From: Ranitomeya imitator
Lineage: Eukaryota
Direction of reading: 5' to 3'
DNA: 64,000 nt
Assembly: GCF_032444005.1 (NCBI RefSeq)
Contig: NC_091284.1
Location: forward strand, 16,554,001-16,618,000
A model generated the notes under the pieces. It was not told the origin of the DNA and did no database searches. It saw only the letters and a list, made by a program, of their open reading frames with translations. Every line of letters starts with the position of its first letter. Within the stretch, counting starts at the first letter, position 1. This document shows, one piece after another, positions 48,901 through 62,272 of this stretch. The position numbers and the translations under genes were made by a program.

Positions 48901-51900
48901 AAGCAAGGAGGAGCTGGGTGTGGAGCGAGGCAACAAGGAGCTGGGTGTGGAGCGAGGCAATGAGGAGCTGCGTGTGGATGGACGCAACGAGGAGCTGGGT
49001 GTGGAGCGAGGCAATGAGGAGCTGGGTGCGGAGCGAGGCAATGAGAAACTGGGTGTGGAGTGAGGCACTGAGGAGCTGGGTGTGGAACAAAGCAAGGAGG
49101 AGCTGGGTGTGGAGCGAGGCAATGAGGAGCTGGGTGTGGAGTGAGGCAACGAGGAGCTGGGTGTGGAGCGAGGCAATAAGAAGCGGGGTGTGGAGCGAGG
49201 CAACGAGGAGCTGGGTGTGGAGCGAGGCAACGAGGATCTGGGTGTGGAGCGAGGCAATGAGAAACAGGGTTTGGAGCGAGGCACTGAGGAGCTGAGTGTG
49301 GAACAAAGCAAGGAGGAGCTGGGTATGGAGCGAGGCAATGAGGAGCTGGGTGCGGAGCGAGACAACGAGGAGCTGGGTGCGGAGCGAGGCAATGAGGAGC
49401 TGTGTGTGAATGGAGGCAACGAGGAGCTGGGTGTGGAGCGAGGCAATGAGAAACTGGGTGTGGAGCAAGGCACTGAGGAGCTGGGTGTGGAACAAAGCAA
49501 GGAGGAGCTGGGTGAGGAGCGAGGCAACAAGGAGCTGGGTGCGGAGCGAGGCAACGAGGAGCTGGGTGTGGAGCAAGGCAATAAGAAGCTGGGTGTGGAT
49601 GGAGGCAACGAGGAGCTGGGTGTAGAGCGAGGCACTGAGGAGCTGGGTGTGGAACAAAGCAAGGAGGAGCTGGGTATGGAGCGAGGCAACAAGGAGCTGG
49701 GTGCGGAGCGAGGCAACGAGGAGCTGGGTGTGGAGCAAGGCAATGAGGAGCTGAGTGTGGATGGAGGCAACGAGGAGCTGGGTGTGGAGCGAGGCAACGA
49801 GGAGCTGGGTGCGGAGCGAGGCAGTGAGAAACTGGGTGTGGAATGAGGCACTGAGGAGCTGGGTGTGGAACAAAGCAAGGAGGAGCTGGGTATGGAGCGA
49901 GGCAATGAGGAGCTGGGTATGGAGCGAGGCAATGAGGAGCTGGGTGTGGAGCGAGGCAACGAGGAGCTGGGTGTGGAACGAGGCAATAAGAAGCTGGGTG
50001 TGGAGCGAGGCAACGAGGAGCTGGGTGTGGAGCGAGGCAATGAGAAACTGGGTGTGGAGCAAGGCACTGAGGAGCTGGGTGTGGAACAAAGCAAGGAGGA
50101 GCTGGGTGAGGAGCGAGGCAACAAGGAGCTGGGTGCGGAGCGAGGCAACGAGGAGCTGGGTGTGGAGCAAGGCAATAAGAAGCTGGGTGTGGATGGAGGC
50201 AACGAGGAGCTGGGTGTAGAGCGAGGCACTGAGGAGCTGGGTGTGGAACAAAGCAAGGAGGAGCTGGGTATGGAGCGAGGCAACAAGGAGCTGGGTGCGG
50301 AGCGAGGCAACGAGGAGCTGGGTGTGGAGCAAGGCAATGAGGAGCTGAGTATGGATGGAGGCAACGAGGAGCTGGGTGTGGAGCGAGGCAATGAGGAGCT
50401 GGGTGCGGAGCGAGGCAGTGAGAAACTGGGTGTGGAGTGAGGCACTGAGGAGCTGGGTGTGGAACAAAGCAAGGAGGAGCTGGGTATGGAGCGAGGCAAT
50501 GAGGAGCTGGGTATGGAGCGAGGCAATGAGGAGCTGGGTGTGGAGCTAGGCAACGAGGAGCTGGGTGTGGAACGAGGCAATAAGAAGCTGGGTGTGGAGC
50601 GAGGCAACGAGGAGCTGGGTGTGGAGCGAGGCAACGAGGAGCTGGGTGTGGAGCGAGGCAACGAGGAGCTGGGTGCGGAGCGAGGCAATGAGAAACTGGG
50701 TGTGGAGTGAGGCACTGAGGAGCTCGGTGTGGAACAAAGCAAGGAGGAGCTGGGTATGGAGCGAGGCAATGAGGAGCTGGGTATGGAGTGAGGCAACGAG
50801 GAGCTGGGTGTGGAACGAGGCAATAAGAAGCTGGGTGTGGAGCGAGGCAACGAGGAGCTGGGTGTGGAGCGAGGCAAAGAGGAGCTGGGTGTGGAGCAAG
50901 GCAATGAGGAGCTGGGTGTGGAGCGAGGCAATGAGAAACTGGGTTTGGAACGAGGCACTGAAGAGCTGGGTGTGGAACAAAGCAAGGAGGAGCTGGATAT
51001 GGAGCGAGGCAACGAGGAGCTTGTGCGGAGCGAGGCAATGAGGAGCGGAGTGCGGATGGAGGCAACGAGGAGCTGGGTGTGGAGCGAGGCAATGAGAAAC
51101 TGGGTGTGGAGCGAGGCACTGAGGAGCTGGGCGTGGAACAAAGCAAGGAGGAGCTGGGTGTGGAGCGAGGCAACAAGGAGCTGGGTGTGGAGCGGGGCAA
51201 CGAGGAGCTGGGTGTGGAGCGAGGCAATAAGAAGCTGGGTGTGGAGCGAGGCAATGAGGAGCTGGGTGCGGAGCGAGTCAACGAGGAGCTGGGTGTGGAA
51301 CAAAGCAAGGAGGAGCTGGGTATGGAGCAAGGCAACGAGGAGCTGGGTGCGGAGCGAGGCAACGAGGAGCTGGGTGTGGAGCGAGGCAATAAGAAGCTGG
51401 GTGTGGATGGACGCAACGAGGAGCTGGGTGTGGAGCGAGGCAACGAGGAGCTGGGTGCGGAGCGAGGCAATGAGAAACTGGGTGTGGAGTGAGGCACTGA
51501 GGAGCTGGGTGTGGAACAAAGCAAGGAGGAGCTGGGTGTGGAGCGAGGCAATGAGGAGCTGGGTGTGGAGCGAGGCAATGAGGAGCTGGGTGTGGAGCGA
51601 GGCAACGAGGAGCTGGGTGTGGAGCGAGGCAATAAGAAGCGGGGTGTGGAGCGAGGCAACGAGGAGCTGGGTGTGGAGCAAGGCAACGAGGATCTGGGTG
51701 TGGAGCGAGGCAATGAGAAACAGGGTTTGGAGCGAGGCACTGAGGAGCTGAGTGTGGAACAAAGCAAGGAGGAGCTGGGTATGGAGCGAGGCAACGAGGA
51801 GCTGGGTGAGGAGCGAGTCAACGAGGAGCTGGGTGCGGAGCGAGGCAATGAGGAGCTGTGTGTGAATGGAGGCAACGAGGAGCTGGGTGTGGAGCGAGGC

Positions 51901-54900
51901 AATGAGAGACTGGGTGTGGAGCAAGGCACTGAGGAGCTGGGTGTGGAACAAAGGAAGGAGGAGCTGGGTGTGGAGCGAGGCAACAAGGAGCTGGGTGTGG
52001 AGCGAGGCAATAAGAAGCTGGGTGTGGAGCGAGGCAACGAGGAGCTGGGTGTGGAGCGAGGTGACGAGGAGCTGGGTGTGGAACAAAGCAAGGAGGAGCT
52101 GGGTATGGAGCGAGGCAATGAGGAGCTGGGTGCGGAGTGAGGCAACGAGGAGCTGGGTGCGGGGCGAGGCAATGAGAAACTGGGTGTGGAGTGAGGCACT
52201 GAGGAGCTGGGTGTGGAACAAAGCAAGGAGGAGCTGGGTGTGGAGCGAGGCAATGAGGAGCTGGGTGTGGAGCGAGGCAACGAGGAGCTGCGTGTGGAGC
52301 GAGGCAATAAGAAGCTGGGTGTGGAGCGAGGCAACGAGGAGCTGGGTGTGGAGCGAGGCACGAGGAGCTGGGTGTGGAGCAAGGCAACGAGAAGCTGGGT
52401 GTGGAGCGAGGAAATGAGGAGCTGGGTGTGGAGTGAGGCAACGAGGAGCTGGGTGTGGAGCGAGGCAATAAGAAGCGGGGTGTGGAGCGAGGCAACGAGG
52501 AGCTGGGTGTGGAGCGAGGCAACGAGGATCTGGGTGTGGAGCGAGGCAACAAGGAGCTGGGTGCGGAGCGAGGCAACGAGGAGCTGGGTGTGGAGCAAGG
52601 CAATAAGAAGCTGGGTGTGGATGGAGGCAACGAGGAGCTGGGTGCGGAGCGAGGCAATGAGAAACTGGGTGTGGAGTGAGGCACTGAGGAGCTGGGTGTG
52701 GAACAAAGCAAGGAGGAGCTGGGTGTGGAGCGAGGCAATGAGGAGCTGGGTGTGGAGCGAGGCAATGAGGAGCTGGGTGTGGAGCGAGGCAACGAGGAGC
52801 TGGGTGTGGAGCGAGGCAATAAGAAGCGGGGTGTGGAGCGAGGCAACGAGGAGCTGGGTGTGGAGCAAGGCAACGAGGATCTGGGTGTGGAGCGAGGCAA
52901 TGAGAAACAGGGTTTGGAGCGAGGCACTGAGGAGCTGAGTGTGGAACAAAGCAAGGAGGAGCTGGGTATGGAGCGAGGCAACGAGGAGCTGGGTGAGGAG
53001 CGAGTCAACGAGGAGCTGGGTGCGGAGCGAGGCAATGAGGAGCTGTGTGTGAATGGAGGCAACGAGGAGCTGGGTGTGGAGCGAGGCAATGAGAGACTGG
53101 GTGTGGAGCAAGGCACTGAGGAGCTGGGTGTGGAACAAAGGAAGGAGGAGCTGGGTGTGGAGCGAGGCAACAAGGAGCTGGGTGTGGAGCGAGGCAATAA
53201 GAAGCTGGGTGTGGAGCGAGGCAACGAGGAGCTGGGTGTGGAGCGAGGTGACGAGGAGCTGGGTGTGGAACAAAGCAAGGAGGAGCTGGGTATGGAGCGA
53301 GGCAATGAGGAGCTGGGTGCGGAGTGAGGCAACGAGGAGCTGGGTGCGGGGCGAGGCAATGAGAAACTGGGTGTGGAGTGAGGCACTGAGGAGCTGGGTG
53401 TGGAACAAAGCAAGGAGGAGCTGGGTGTGGAGCGAGGCAATGAGGAGCTGGGTGTGGAGCGAGGCAACGAGGAGCTGCGTGTGGAGCGAGGCAATAAGAA
53501 GCTGGGTGTGGAGCGAGGCAACGAGGAGCTGGGTGTGGAGCGAGGCACGAGGAGCTGGGTGTGGAGCAAGGCAACGAGAAGCTGGGTGTGGAGCGAGGAA
53601 ATGAGGAGCTGGGTGTGGAGTGAGGCACGAAGGAGCTGGGTGTGGAGCGAGGCAATAAGAAGCGGGGTGTGGAGCGAGGCAACGAGGAGCTGGGTGTGGA
53701 GCGAGGCAACGAGGATCTGGGTGTGGAGCGAGGCAACAAGGAGCTGGGTGCGGAGCGAGGCAACGAGGAGCTGGGTGTGGAGCAAGGCAATAAGAAGCTG
53801 GGTGTGGATGGAGGCAACGAGGAGCTGGGTGTAGAGCGAGGCACTGAGGAGCTGGGTGTGGAACAAAGCAAGGAGGAGCTGGGTATGGAGCGAGGCAACA
53901 AGGAGCTGGGTGCGGAGCGAGGCAACGAGGAGCTGGGTGTGGAGCAAGGCAATGAGGAGCTGAGTGTGGATGGAGGCAACGAGGAGCTGGGTGTGGAGCG
54001 AGGCAACGAGGAGCTGGGTGCGGAGCGAGGCAGTGAGAAACTGGGTGTGGAGTGAGGCACTGAGGAGCTGGGTGTGGAACAAAGCAAGGAGGAGCTGGGT
54101 ATGGAGCGAGGCAATGAGGAGCTGGGTATGGAGCGAGGCAATGAGGAGCTGGGTGTGGAGCGAGGCAACGAGGAGCTGGGTGTGGAACGAGGCAATAAGA
54201 AGCTGGGTGTGGAGCGAGGCAACGAGGAGCTGGGTGTGGAGCGAGGCAATGAGAAACTGGGTGTGGAGCAAGGCACTGAGGAGCTGGGTGTGGAACAAAG
54301 CAAGGAGGAGCTGGGTGAGGAGCGAGGCAACAAGGAGCTGGGTGCGGAGCGAGGCAACGAGGAGCTGGGTGTGGAGCAAGGCAATAAGAAGCTGGGTGTG
54401 GATGGAGGCAACGAGGAGCTGGGTGTAGAGCGAGGCACTGAGGAGCTGGGTGTGGAACAAAGCAAGGAGGAGCTGGGTATGGAGCGAGGCAACAAGGAGC
54501 TGGGTGCGGAGCGAGGCAACGAGGAGCTGGGTGTGGAGCAAGGCAATGAGGAGCTGAGTATGGATGGAGGCAACGAGGAGCTGGGTGTGGAGCGAGGCAA
54601 TGAGGAGCTGGGTGCGGAGCGAGGCAGTGAGAAACTGGGTGTGGAGTGAGGCACTGAGGAGCTGGGTGTGGAACAAAGCAAGGAGGAGCTGGGTATGGAG
54701 CGAGGCAATGAGGAGCTGGGTATGGAGCGAGGCAATGAGGAGCTGGGTGTGGAGCGAGGCAACGAGGAGCTGGGTGTGGAACGAGGCAATAAGAAGCTGG
54801 GTGTGGAGCGAGGCAACGAGGAGCTGGGTGTGGAGCGAGGCAACGAGGAGCTGGGTGTGGAGCGAGGCAACGAGGAGCTGGGTGCGGAGCGAGGCAATGA

Positions 54901-57900
54901 GAAACTGGGTGTGGAGTGAGGCACTGAGGAGCTCGGTGTGGAACAAAGCAAGGAGGAGCTGGGTATGGAGCGAGGCAATGAGGAGCTGGGTATGGAGTGA
55001 GGCAACGAGGAGCTGGGTGTGGAACGAGGCAATAAGAAGCTGGGTGTGGAGCGAGGCAACGAGGAGCTGGGTGTGGAGCGAGGCAAAGAGGAGCTGGGTG
55101 TGGAGCAAGGCAATGAGGAGCTGGGTGTGGAGCGAGGCAATGAGAAACTGGGTTTGGAACGAGGCACTGAGGAGCTGGGTGTGGAACAAAGCAAGGAGGA
55201 GCTGGATATGGAGCGAGGCAACGAGGAGCTTGTGCGGAGCGAGGCAATGAGGAGCGGAGTGCGGATGGAGGCAACGAGGAGCTGGGTGTGGAGCGAGGCA
55301 ATGAGAAACTGGGTGTGGAGCGAGGCACTGAGGAGCTGGGCGTGGAACAAAGCAAGGAGGAGCTGGGTGTGGAGCGAGGCAACAAGGAGCTGGGTGTGGA
55401 GCGGGGCAACGAGGAGCTGGGTGTGGAGCGAGGCAATAAGAAGCTGGGTGTGGAGCGAGGCAATGAGGAGCTGGGTGCGGAGCGAGTCAACGAGGAGCTG
55501 GGTGTGGAACAAAGCAAGGAGGAGCTGGGTATGGAGCAAGGCAACGAGGAGCTGGGTGCGGAGCGAGGCAACGAGGAGCTGGGTGTGGAGCAAGGCAATA
55601 AGAAGCTGGGTGTGGATGGACGCAACGAGGAGCTGGGTGTGGAGCGAGGCAACGAGGAGCTGGGTGCGGAGCGAGGCAATGAGAAACTGGGTGTGGAGTG
55701 AGGCACTGAGGAGCTGGGTGTGGAACAAAGCAAGGAGGAGCTGGGTGTGGAGCGAGGCAATGAGGAGCTGGGTGTGGAGCGAGGCAACGAGGAGCTGGGT
55801 GTGGAGCGAGGCAATAAGAAGCGGGGTGTGGAGCGAGGCAACGAGGAGCTGGGTGTGGAGCGAGGCAACGAGGATCTGGGTGTGGAGCGAGGCAATGAGA
55901 AACAGGGTTTGGAGCGAGGCACTGAGGAGCTGAGTGTGGAACAAAGCAAGGAGGAGCTGGGTATGGAGCGAGGCAACGAGGAGCTGGCTGCGGAGCGAGT
56001 CAACGAGGAGCTGGGTGCGGAGCGAGGCAATGAGGAGCTGTGTGTGAATGGAGGCAACGAGGAGCTGGGTGTGGAGCGAGGCAATGAGAGACTGGGTGTG
56101 GAGCAAGGCACTGAGGAGCTGGGTGTGGAACAAAGCAAGGAGGAGCAGGGTGTGGAGCGAGGCAACAAGGAGCTGGGTGTGGAGCGAGGCAATAAGAAGC
56201 TGGGTGTGGAGCGAGGCAACGAGGAGCTGGGTGTGGAGCGAGGTGACGAGGAGCTGGGTGTGGAACAAAGCAAGGAGGAGCTGGGTATGGAGCGAGGCAA
56301 TGAGGAGCTGGGTGCGGAGTGAGGCAACGAGGAGCTGGGTGCGGGGCGAGGCAATGAGAAACTGGGTGTGGAGTGAGGCACTGAAGAGCTGGGTGTGGAA
56401 CAAAGCAAGGAGGAGCTGGGTGTGGAGCGAGGCAATGAGGAGCTGGGTGTGGAGCGAGGCAACGAGGAGCTGCGTGTGGAGCGAGGCAATAAGAAGCTGG
56501 GTGTGGAGCGAGGCAACGAGGAGCTGGGTGTGGAGCGAGGCACGAGGAGCTGGGTGTGGAGCAAGGCAACGAGAAGCTGGGTGTGGAGCGAGGAAATGAG
56601 GAGCTGGGTGTGGAGCGAGGCAACGAGGAGCTGGGTGCGGAGCGAGGCAATGAGAAACTGGGTGTGAAGCGAGGCACTGAGGAGCTGGGTGTGGAACAAA
56701 GCAAGGAGGAGCTGGGTGTGGAGCGAGGCAACAAGGAGCTGGGTGTGGAGCGAGGCAACGAGGAGCTGGGTGTGGAGCGAGGCAACGAGGAGCTGGGTAT
56801 GGAGCGAGGCAACAAGGAGCTGGGTGTGGAGCGAGGCAACAAGGAGCTGGGTGTGGAGCGAGGCAACAAGGAGCTGGGTGTGGAGCGAGGCAACAAGGAG
56901 ATGGGTATGGAGCGAGGCAATAAGAAGCTGGGTGTGGAGCGAGGCAACGAGGAGCTGGGTGTGGAGCAAGGTAACGAGGAGCTGGGTGTGGAACAAAGCA
57001 AGGAGGAGCTGGGTATGGAGCGAGGCAACGAGGAGCTGGGTGCGGAGCAAGGCAACGAGTAGCTGGGTGTGGAGCGAGGCAATAAGAAGCTGGGTGTGGA
57101 TGGAGGCAACGAGGAGCTGGGTGTGGAGCGAGGCACTGAGGAGCTGGGTGTGGAACAAAGCAAGGAGGAGCTGGGTATGGAGCGAGGCAACGAGGAGCTG
57201 GGTGCGGAGCGAGGCAATGAGGAGCTGAGTGTGGATGGAGGCAATGAGAAACTGGGTGTGGAGTGAGGCACTGAGGAGCTGGGTGTGGAACAAAGCAAGG
57301 AGGAGCTGGGTGTGGAGCGAGGCAATGAGGAGCTGGGTGTGGAGCGAGGCAACGAGGAGCTGCGTGTGGAGCGAGGCAATAAGAAGCTGGGTGTGGAGCG
57401 AGGCAACGAGGAGCTGGGTGTGGAGCGAGGCACGAGGAGCTGGGTGTGGAGCAAGGCAACGAGAAGCTGGGTGTGGAGCGAGGGAATGAGGAGCTGGGTG
57501 TGGAGCGAGGCAACGAGGAGCTGGGTGCGGAGCGAGGCAATGAGAAACTGGGTGTGAAGCGAGGCACTGAGGAGCTGGGTGTGGAACAAAGCAAGGAGGA
57601 GCTGGGTGTGGAGCGAGGCAACAAGGAGCTGGGTGTGGAGCGAGGCAACGAGGAGCTGGGTGTGGAGCGAGGCAACGAGGAGCTGGGTATGGAGCGAGGC
57701 AACAAGGAGCTGGGTGTGGAGCGAGGCAACAAGGAGCTGTGTGTGGAGCGAGGCAACAAGGAGCTGGGTGTGGAGCGAGGCAACAAGGAGATGGGTATGG
57801 AGCGAGGCAATAAGAAGCTGGGTGTGGAGCGAGGCAACGAGGAGCTGGGTGTGGAGCAAGGTAACGAGGAGCTGGGTGTGGAACAAAGCAAGGAGGAGCT

Positions 57901-60298
57901 GGGTATGGAGCGAGGCAACGAGGAGCTGGGTGCGGAGCAAGGCAACGAGTTGCTGGGTGTGGAGCGAGGCAATAAGAAGCTGGGTGTGGATGGAGGCAAC
58001 GAGGAGCTGGGTGTGGAGCGAGGCACTGAGGAGCTGGGTGTGGAGCGAGGCAACGAGGAGCTGGGTGCGGAGCGAGGCAATGAGAAACTGGGTGTGAAGC
58101 GAGGCACTGAGGAGCTGGGTGTGGAACAAAGCAAGGAGGAGCTGGGTGTGGAGCGAGGCAACAAGGAGCTGTGTGTGGAGCGAGGCAACGAGGAGCTGGG
58201 TGTGGAGCGAGGCAACGAGGAGCTGGGTATGGAGCGAGGCAACAAGGAGCTGGGTGTGGAGCGAGGCAACAAGGAGCTGGGTGTGGAGCGAGGCAACAAG
58301 GAGCTGGGTGTGGAGCGAGGCAACAAGGAGATGGGTATGGAGCGAGGCAATAAGAAGCTGGGTGTGGAGCGAGGCAACGAGGAGCTGGGTGTGGAGCAAG
58401 GTAACGAGGAGCTGGGTGTGGAACAAAGCAAGGAGGAGCTGGGTATGGAGCGAGGCAACGAGGAGCTGGGTGCGGAGCAAGGCAACGAGTAGCTGGGTGT
58501 GGAGCGAGGCAATAAGAAGCTGGGTGTGGATGGAGGCAACGAGGAGCTGGGTGTGGAGCGAGGCACTGAGGAGCTGGGTGTGGAACAAAGCAAGGAGGAG
58601 CTGGGTATGGAGCGAGGCAACGAGGAGCTGGGTGCGGAGCGAGGCAATGAGGAGCTGAGTGTGGATGGAGGCAACGAGGAGCTGGGTGTGGAGCGAGGCA
58701 ACGAGGAGCTGGGTGCGGAGCGAGGCAATGAGAAACTGGGTGTGGAGTGAGGCACTGAGGAGCTGGGTGTGGAACAAAGCAAGGAGGAGCTGGGTGTGGA
58801 GCGAGGCAATGAGGAGCTGGGAGTGGAGCGAGGTAACAAGGAGCTGGGTGTGGAGCGAGACAATAAGAAGCTGGGTGTGGAGCGAGGCACGAGGAGCTGG
58901 GTGTGGAGCAAGGCAACGAGAAGCTGGGTGTGGAGCGAGGAAATGAGGAGCTGGGTGTGGAGCGAGGCAACGAGGAGCTGGGTGCGGAGCGAGGCAACGA
59001 GAAGCTGGGTGTGGAGCGAGGCAATGAGAAGCGGGGTGTGGAGCGAGGCAACGAGGAGCTGGGTGTGGAGTGAGGCAACGAGGAGCTGGGTGTGGAGCGA
59101 GGCAATGAGAAACTGGCTTTGGAGCGAGGCACTGAGGAGCTGGGTGTGGAACAAAGCAAGGAGGAGCTGGGTGTGGAGCGAGGCAACGAGGAGCTGGGTG
59201 CGGAGCGAGGCAACGAGGAGCTGGGTGCGGAGCGAGGCAATGAGAAACTGGGTGTGGAGGGAGGCACTGAGGAGCTGGTTGTGGAACAAAGCAAGGAGGA
59301 GCTGGGTGTGGAGAGAGGCAACGAGGAGCTGGGTGTGGAGCGAGGCAATAAGAAGCAGGGTGTGGAGCGAGGCAACGAGGAGCTGGGTGTGGAGCGAGGC
59401 AACGAGGAGCTGGGTGCGGAGCAAGGCAACGAGAAGCTGGGTGCAGAGCGAGGCAACGAGGAGCTGGGTGTGGAGCGAGGCAACGAGGAGCTGGGTGCGG
59501 AGCGAGGCAACGAGGAGCTGGGTGTTGAGCGAGGCAATGAGAAGCGGGGTGTGGAGCGAGGCAACGAGGAGCTGGGTGTGGAGCGAGGCACTGAGGAGCT
59601 TTGTGTGGAGCAAGGCAATGAGAAGCTGGGTGTGGAGCGAGGCAACGAGGAGCTGGGTATGGAGCGAGGCAATGAGAAGCTGAGTGTGGAGCGAGGCAAT
59701 GAGGAGCTAGGTGTGGAGCAAGGCAATGAAGAGCTGGGTGTGGAGCGAGGCAATGAGGAGCGGGGTGTGGAGCGAGGCAATAAGGAGCTGGGTGTGGAGC
59801 AAGGCAATGAGGAGCTGGGTGTGGAGCGAGGCAATGAGGAGCTGGGTGTGAGATGAGGCAATGTGGAGCTGAGTGTCGAGCAAGGCAATGAGGAGCTGGG
59901 TGTGGAGCAAGGCAATGAGGAGCTGGGTGTGGAGCGAGGCAATGAGGAGCTGGCTGTGGAGCGAGGCAATGAGGAGCTGGGCGTGGAGCAAGGCAATCAG
60001 GAGCTGAGTGTGGAGCGAAGCAATGAGATGAGTGTGGAGTGAGGCAATGAGGAGCTGAGTGTGGACCGAGGCAATGAGGAGCTGAGTGTGGAGTGAGGCA
60101 ATGAGGAGCTGAGTGTGGAGCGAGGCAATGAGGAGATGGGTGTGGAGCGAGGCAATGAGGAGCTGGGTGTGAGACAAGGCAGGAGCTGGGTGTGGAGCGA
60201 GGCAACAAGGAGCTGGGTGTGGAGCGAGGCAACAAGGAGCTGGGTGTGGAGCGAGGCAACAAGGAGCTGGGTTTGGAGCGAGGCAACAAGGAGCTGGG
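45992..60298. repeat. 27-bp G/purine-rich satellite (GAGCTGGGTGTGGAGCGAGGCAACGAG)n, ~530 copies, higher-order structure
   Basis: Direct periodicity. Variant blocks recur at offsets 1802, 1187, 4209, 890 and 540, read from identical ORF-track peptides. Units diverge at the 3' end. Confidence 0.97.
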
Positions 60299-60767
60299 CC
60301 TCATCCAGCATGATAGTTAAGTAATTCTGTTCCTGAATGAATCTATTAGGTGTATTGTGCATTAAATGGATATAACATAATAGTCATGCTACTACATGTC
60401 AGTCAGGGATCTGTCCTGGCCACGTGCTGGACTCACAGTTGCACAGTGGCAATTATCAGAGTTGTGTCTTGTAGCAAACCATGCGCCTGTGTGTCCAGGA
60501 CACGAGAAGAACACATTTTCATCCCCTTTGGTGTTAACAGGAAAGGTTCCAATTATCTCACTAGAAAGCAGTGACATCACAAAAAAAGGCAATTATCTTA
60601 ATAGGAATTGGTGATATCACTAAAGAAAAAGCTAATTATCTAAATAGGAAGTAATAAGAAGGTTTAATGAAGAATCTGGAAAGTCATCCCATATACACAT
60701 TACATTGTGCTGAAGAAGCGGAGGGAGAATAAACTGTTATATCTCTGGTGAACATTGTCTCCGGCAG

Positions 60768-60911
60768 ATCAGAGTGTTGGATAAACACATGCAAATCATC
60801 ATCTGGCACGTGTTACACGACGCATCTGTGCTGTGCATCCAGGGCACCGCGGTGAAGAGATCATCCGTGCCGTACACAGCGATGACTGAAATCCTCCACC
60901 AACCATTGCAG
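60768..60911 (+). other. Candidate 144-nt exon (IRVLDKHMQIIIWHVLHDASVLCIQGTAVKRSSVPYTAMTEILHQPLQ), not recognised
   Basis: TTGTCTCCGGCAG acceptor and CAG|GTACAT donor, open in phase 0-0. No protein family recognised. Confidence 0.25.
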
Positions 60912-60949
60912 GTACATCTATGTCCAGCCAGAATAACTGGGGCGATAGA

Positions 60950-61122
60950 AGGCTACTTTCACACATCAGGTTTTTTGTTTCAGGCTAAACCCGGCGAATG
61001 TTGGAAAAACAGTATCCGGCGCAGATTGTGAAAAACTGATGCGACAGATCCGGTTTTTTTTTACGGATCCGGCTAGCCTATCTAGATTATTGGATAAAAA
61101 AAAATTGGAGCATGCTCAGTTT
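60950..61122. mobile_element. Harbinger-type MITE, one end only
   Basis: GGCTACTTTCACAC terminus and GGATCCGG motifs, like the element at 61757. Confidence 0.6.
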
Positions 61123-61124
61123 CC

Positions 61125-61745
61125 AGTTTGATTATTTACTGGTTGTCCAATGCAGTAACAATATTAAAATATACTTCATTTTTTCTGATTGTAAGATATT
61201 GTAATGTAAAAATGTTAAAATACTCAGTTTAGAAAAATAGGTGAATTTTTAATAATTAAAAAATGTTTGGTATCATTCCGCCCATGATAGAAAAGTCTTT
61301 CAAAATATAAAAATAATTAAGCCTTGAGACTACTCCACAGATGGAAAATACAAATGTTAGGGGTCTTAGAAAAGTTTTCTTTTTATTTTGCAAAATTTTG
61401 AATTTTCCCCCCCCCCCCATTTAAATTAAGGAAAAATCTCTGCCCAAGTTTGGTATCTCTGTAATTGTAATGACCTGGAGAACAACACACTCCCAACACC
61501 CCGGCCCAAAAAATACATAAAATGGTAGAATTACATTTCTTCTCATCATTTCACCAAACCTTTCCTGTTTTTCAGTATATTTTAGGGTAAAGTGAACGGT
61601 GTCATGCAAAACTACTACTTATAAAAAAAACAAGCCTCATACAGCTATATCAATGAAAGAATAAAACCGTTATGCTGTCAAAAGAAAGTAAGAAGAAAAA
61701 ATGAAACGGCAGAAAATTGCAAATGGCTTGGTGCCGAAGATCTGC
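61125..61745. mobile_element. Degraded AT-rich non-autonomous DNA transposon (possibly piggyBac-like)
   Basis: Blocks such as GTTTGGTATCTCTGTAATTGTAATGACC and AAACAAGCCTCATACAGCTATAT are recalled as typical of frog non-autonomous elements. No intact TIRs seen. Confidence 0.35.
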
Positions 61746-61756
61746 TAAAGGTCTAA

Positions 61757-62272
61757 GGCCTCTTTCACACTTCAGTCTTTTGGCGTCAGTCTGAAACCGC
61801 CATTTTCCTCAAATAGCGGATCCGCCATTTTTTGGGGGCGGATTCGCTATTTTCCCATAGACATACATTAGCGACGGATTGTGGCGGATGGTCGTCCGTT
61901 CCATCCGCCATGTGACAGATCCGTTGAGATTTGGCGGACGTCATCTAGACATTGACGGACATTATAACGTTTTTTGTCTGCGCCGAAATGGCGGTTCGCG
62001 ACGGATCCGTCACATCCACCATTCCATAGAATGGACGCCTATGGGCGACGGATCCGTCGCGACCGTCATTTGGCGGATCCGTCGCCCCAATCCGCTTTTT
62101 CAATTGCGCATGCTCCAAAAAGTAGATACTTTTCCCAGACAACCCCCAAGTAATGGATCAGTCAAAAAAACGGATCCGTTAGAACCGTTTTCTCAACAAT
62201 TCTGATGGATCCGTCGATCCGTCACTATGTCGGAGCAGACTGACGCCAAACAACTGAAGTGTGAAAGAAGCC
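61757..62272. mobile_element. PIF/Harbinger MITE (516 bp)
   Basis: TAA TSD at 61754-56 and 62273-75. 37-bp TIR GGC(C/T)TCTTTCACACTTCAGT..TTTGGCGTCAGTCTG. Many internal GGATCCG palindromes. Confidence 0.9.

Noticed and set aside
47565-59996. 4143-aa mucin-like (PRSTPSSSL) minus-strand ORF and overlapping giants
   Set aside because: The C/T-rich strand of the 27-mer has no stop in any frame. The peptide cycles among three frames at 1-bp indels, so there is no coding constraint.
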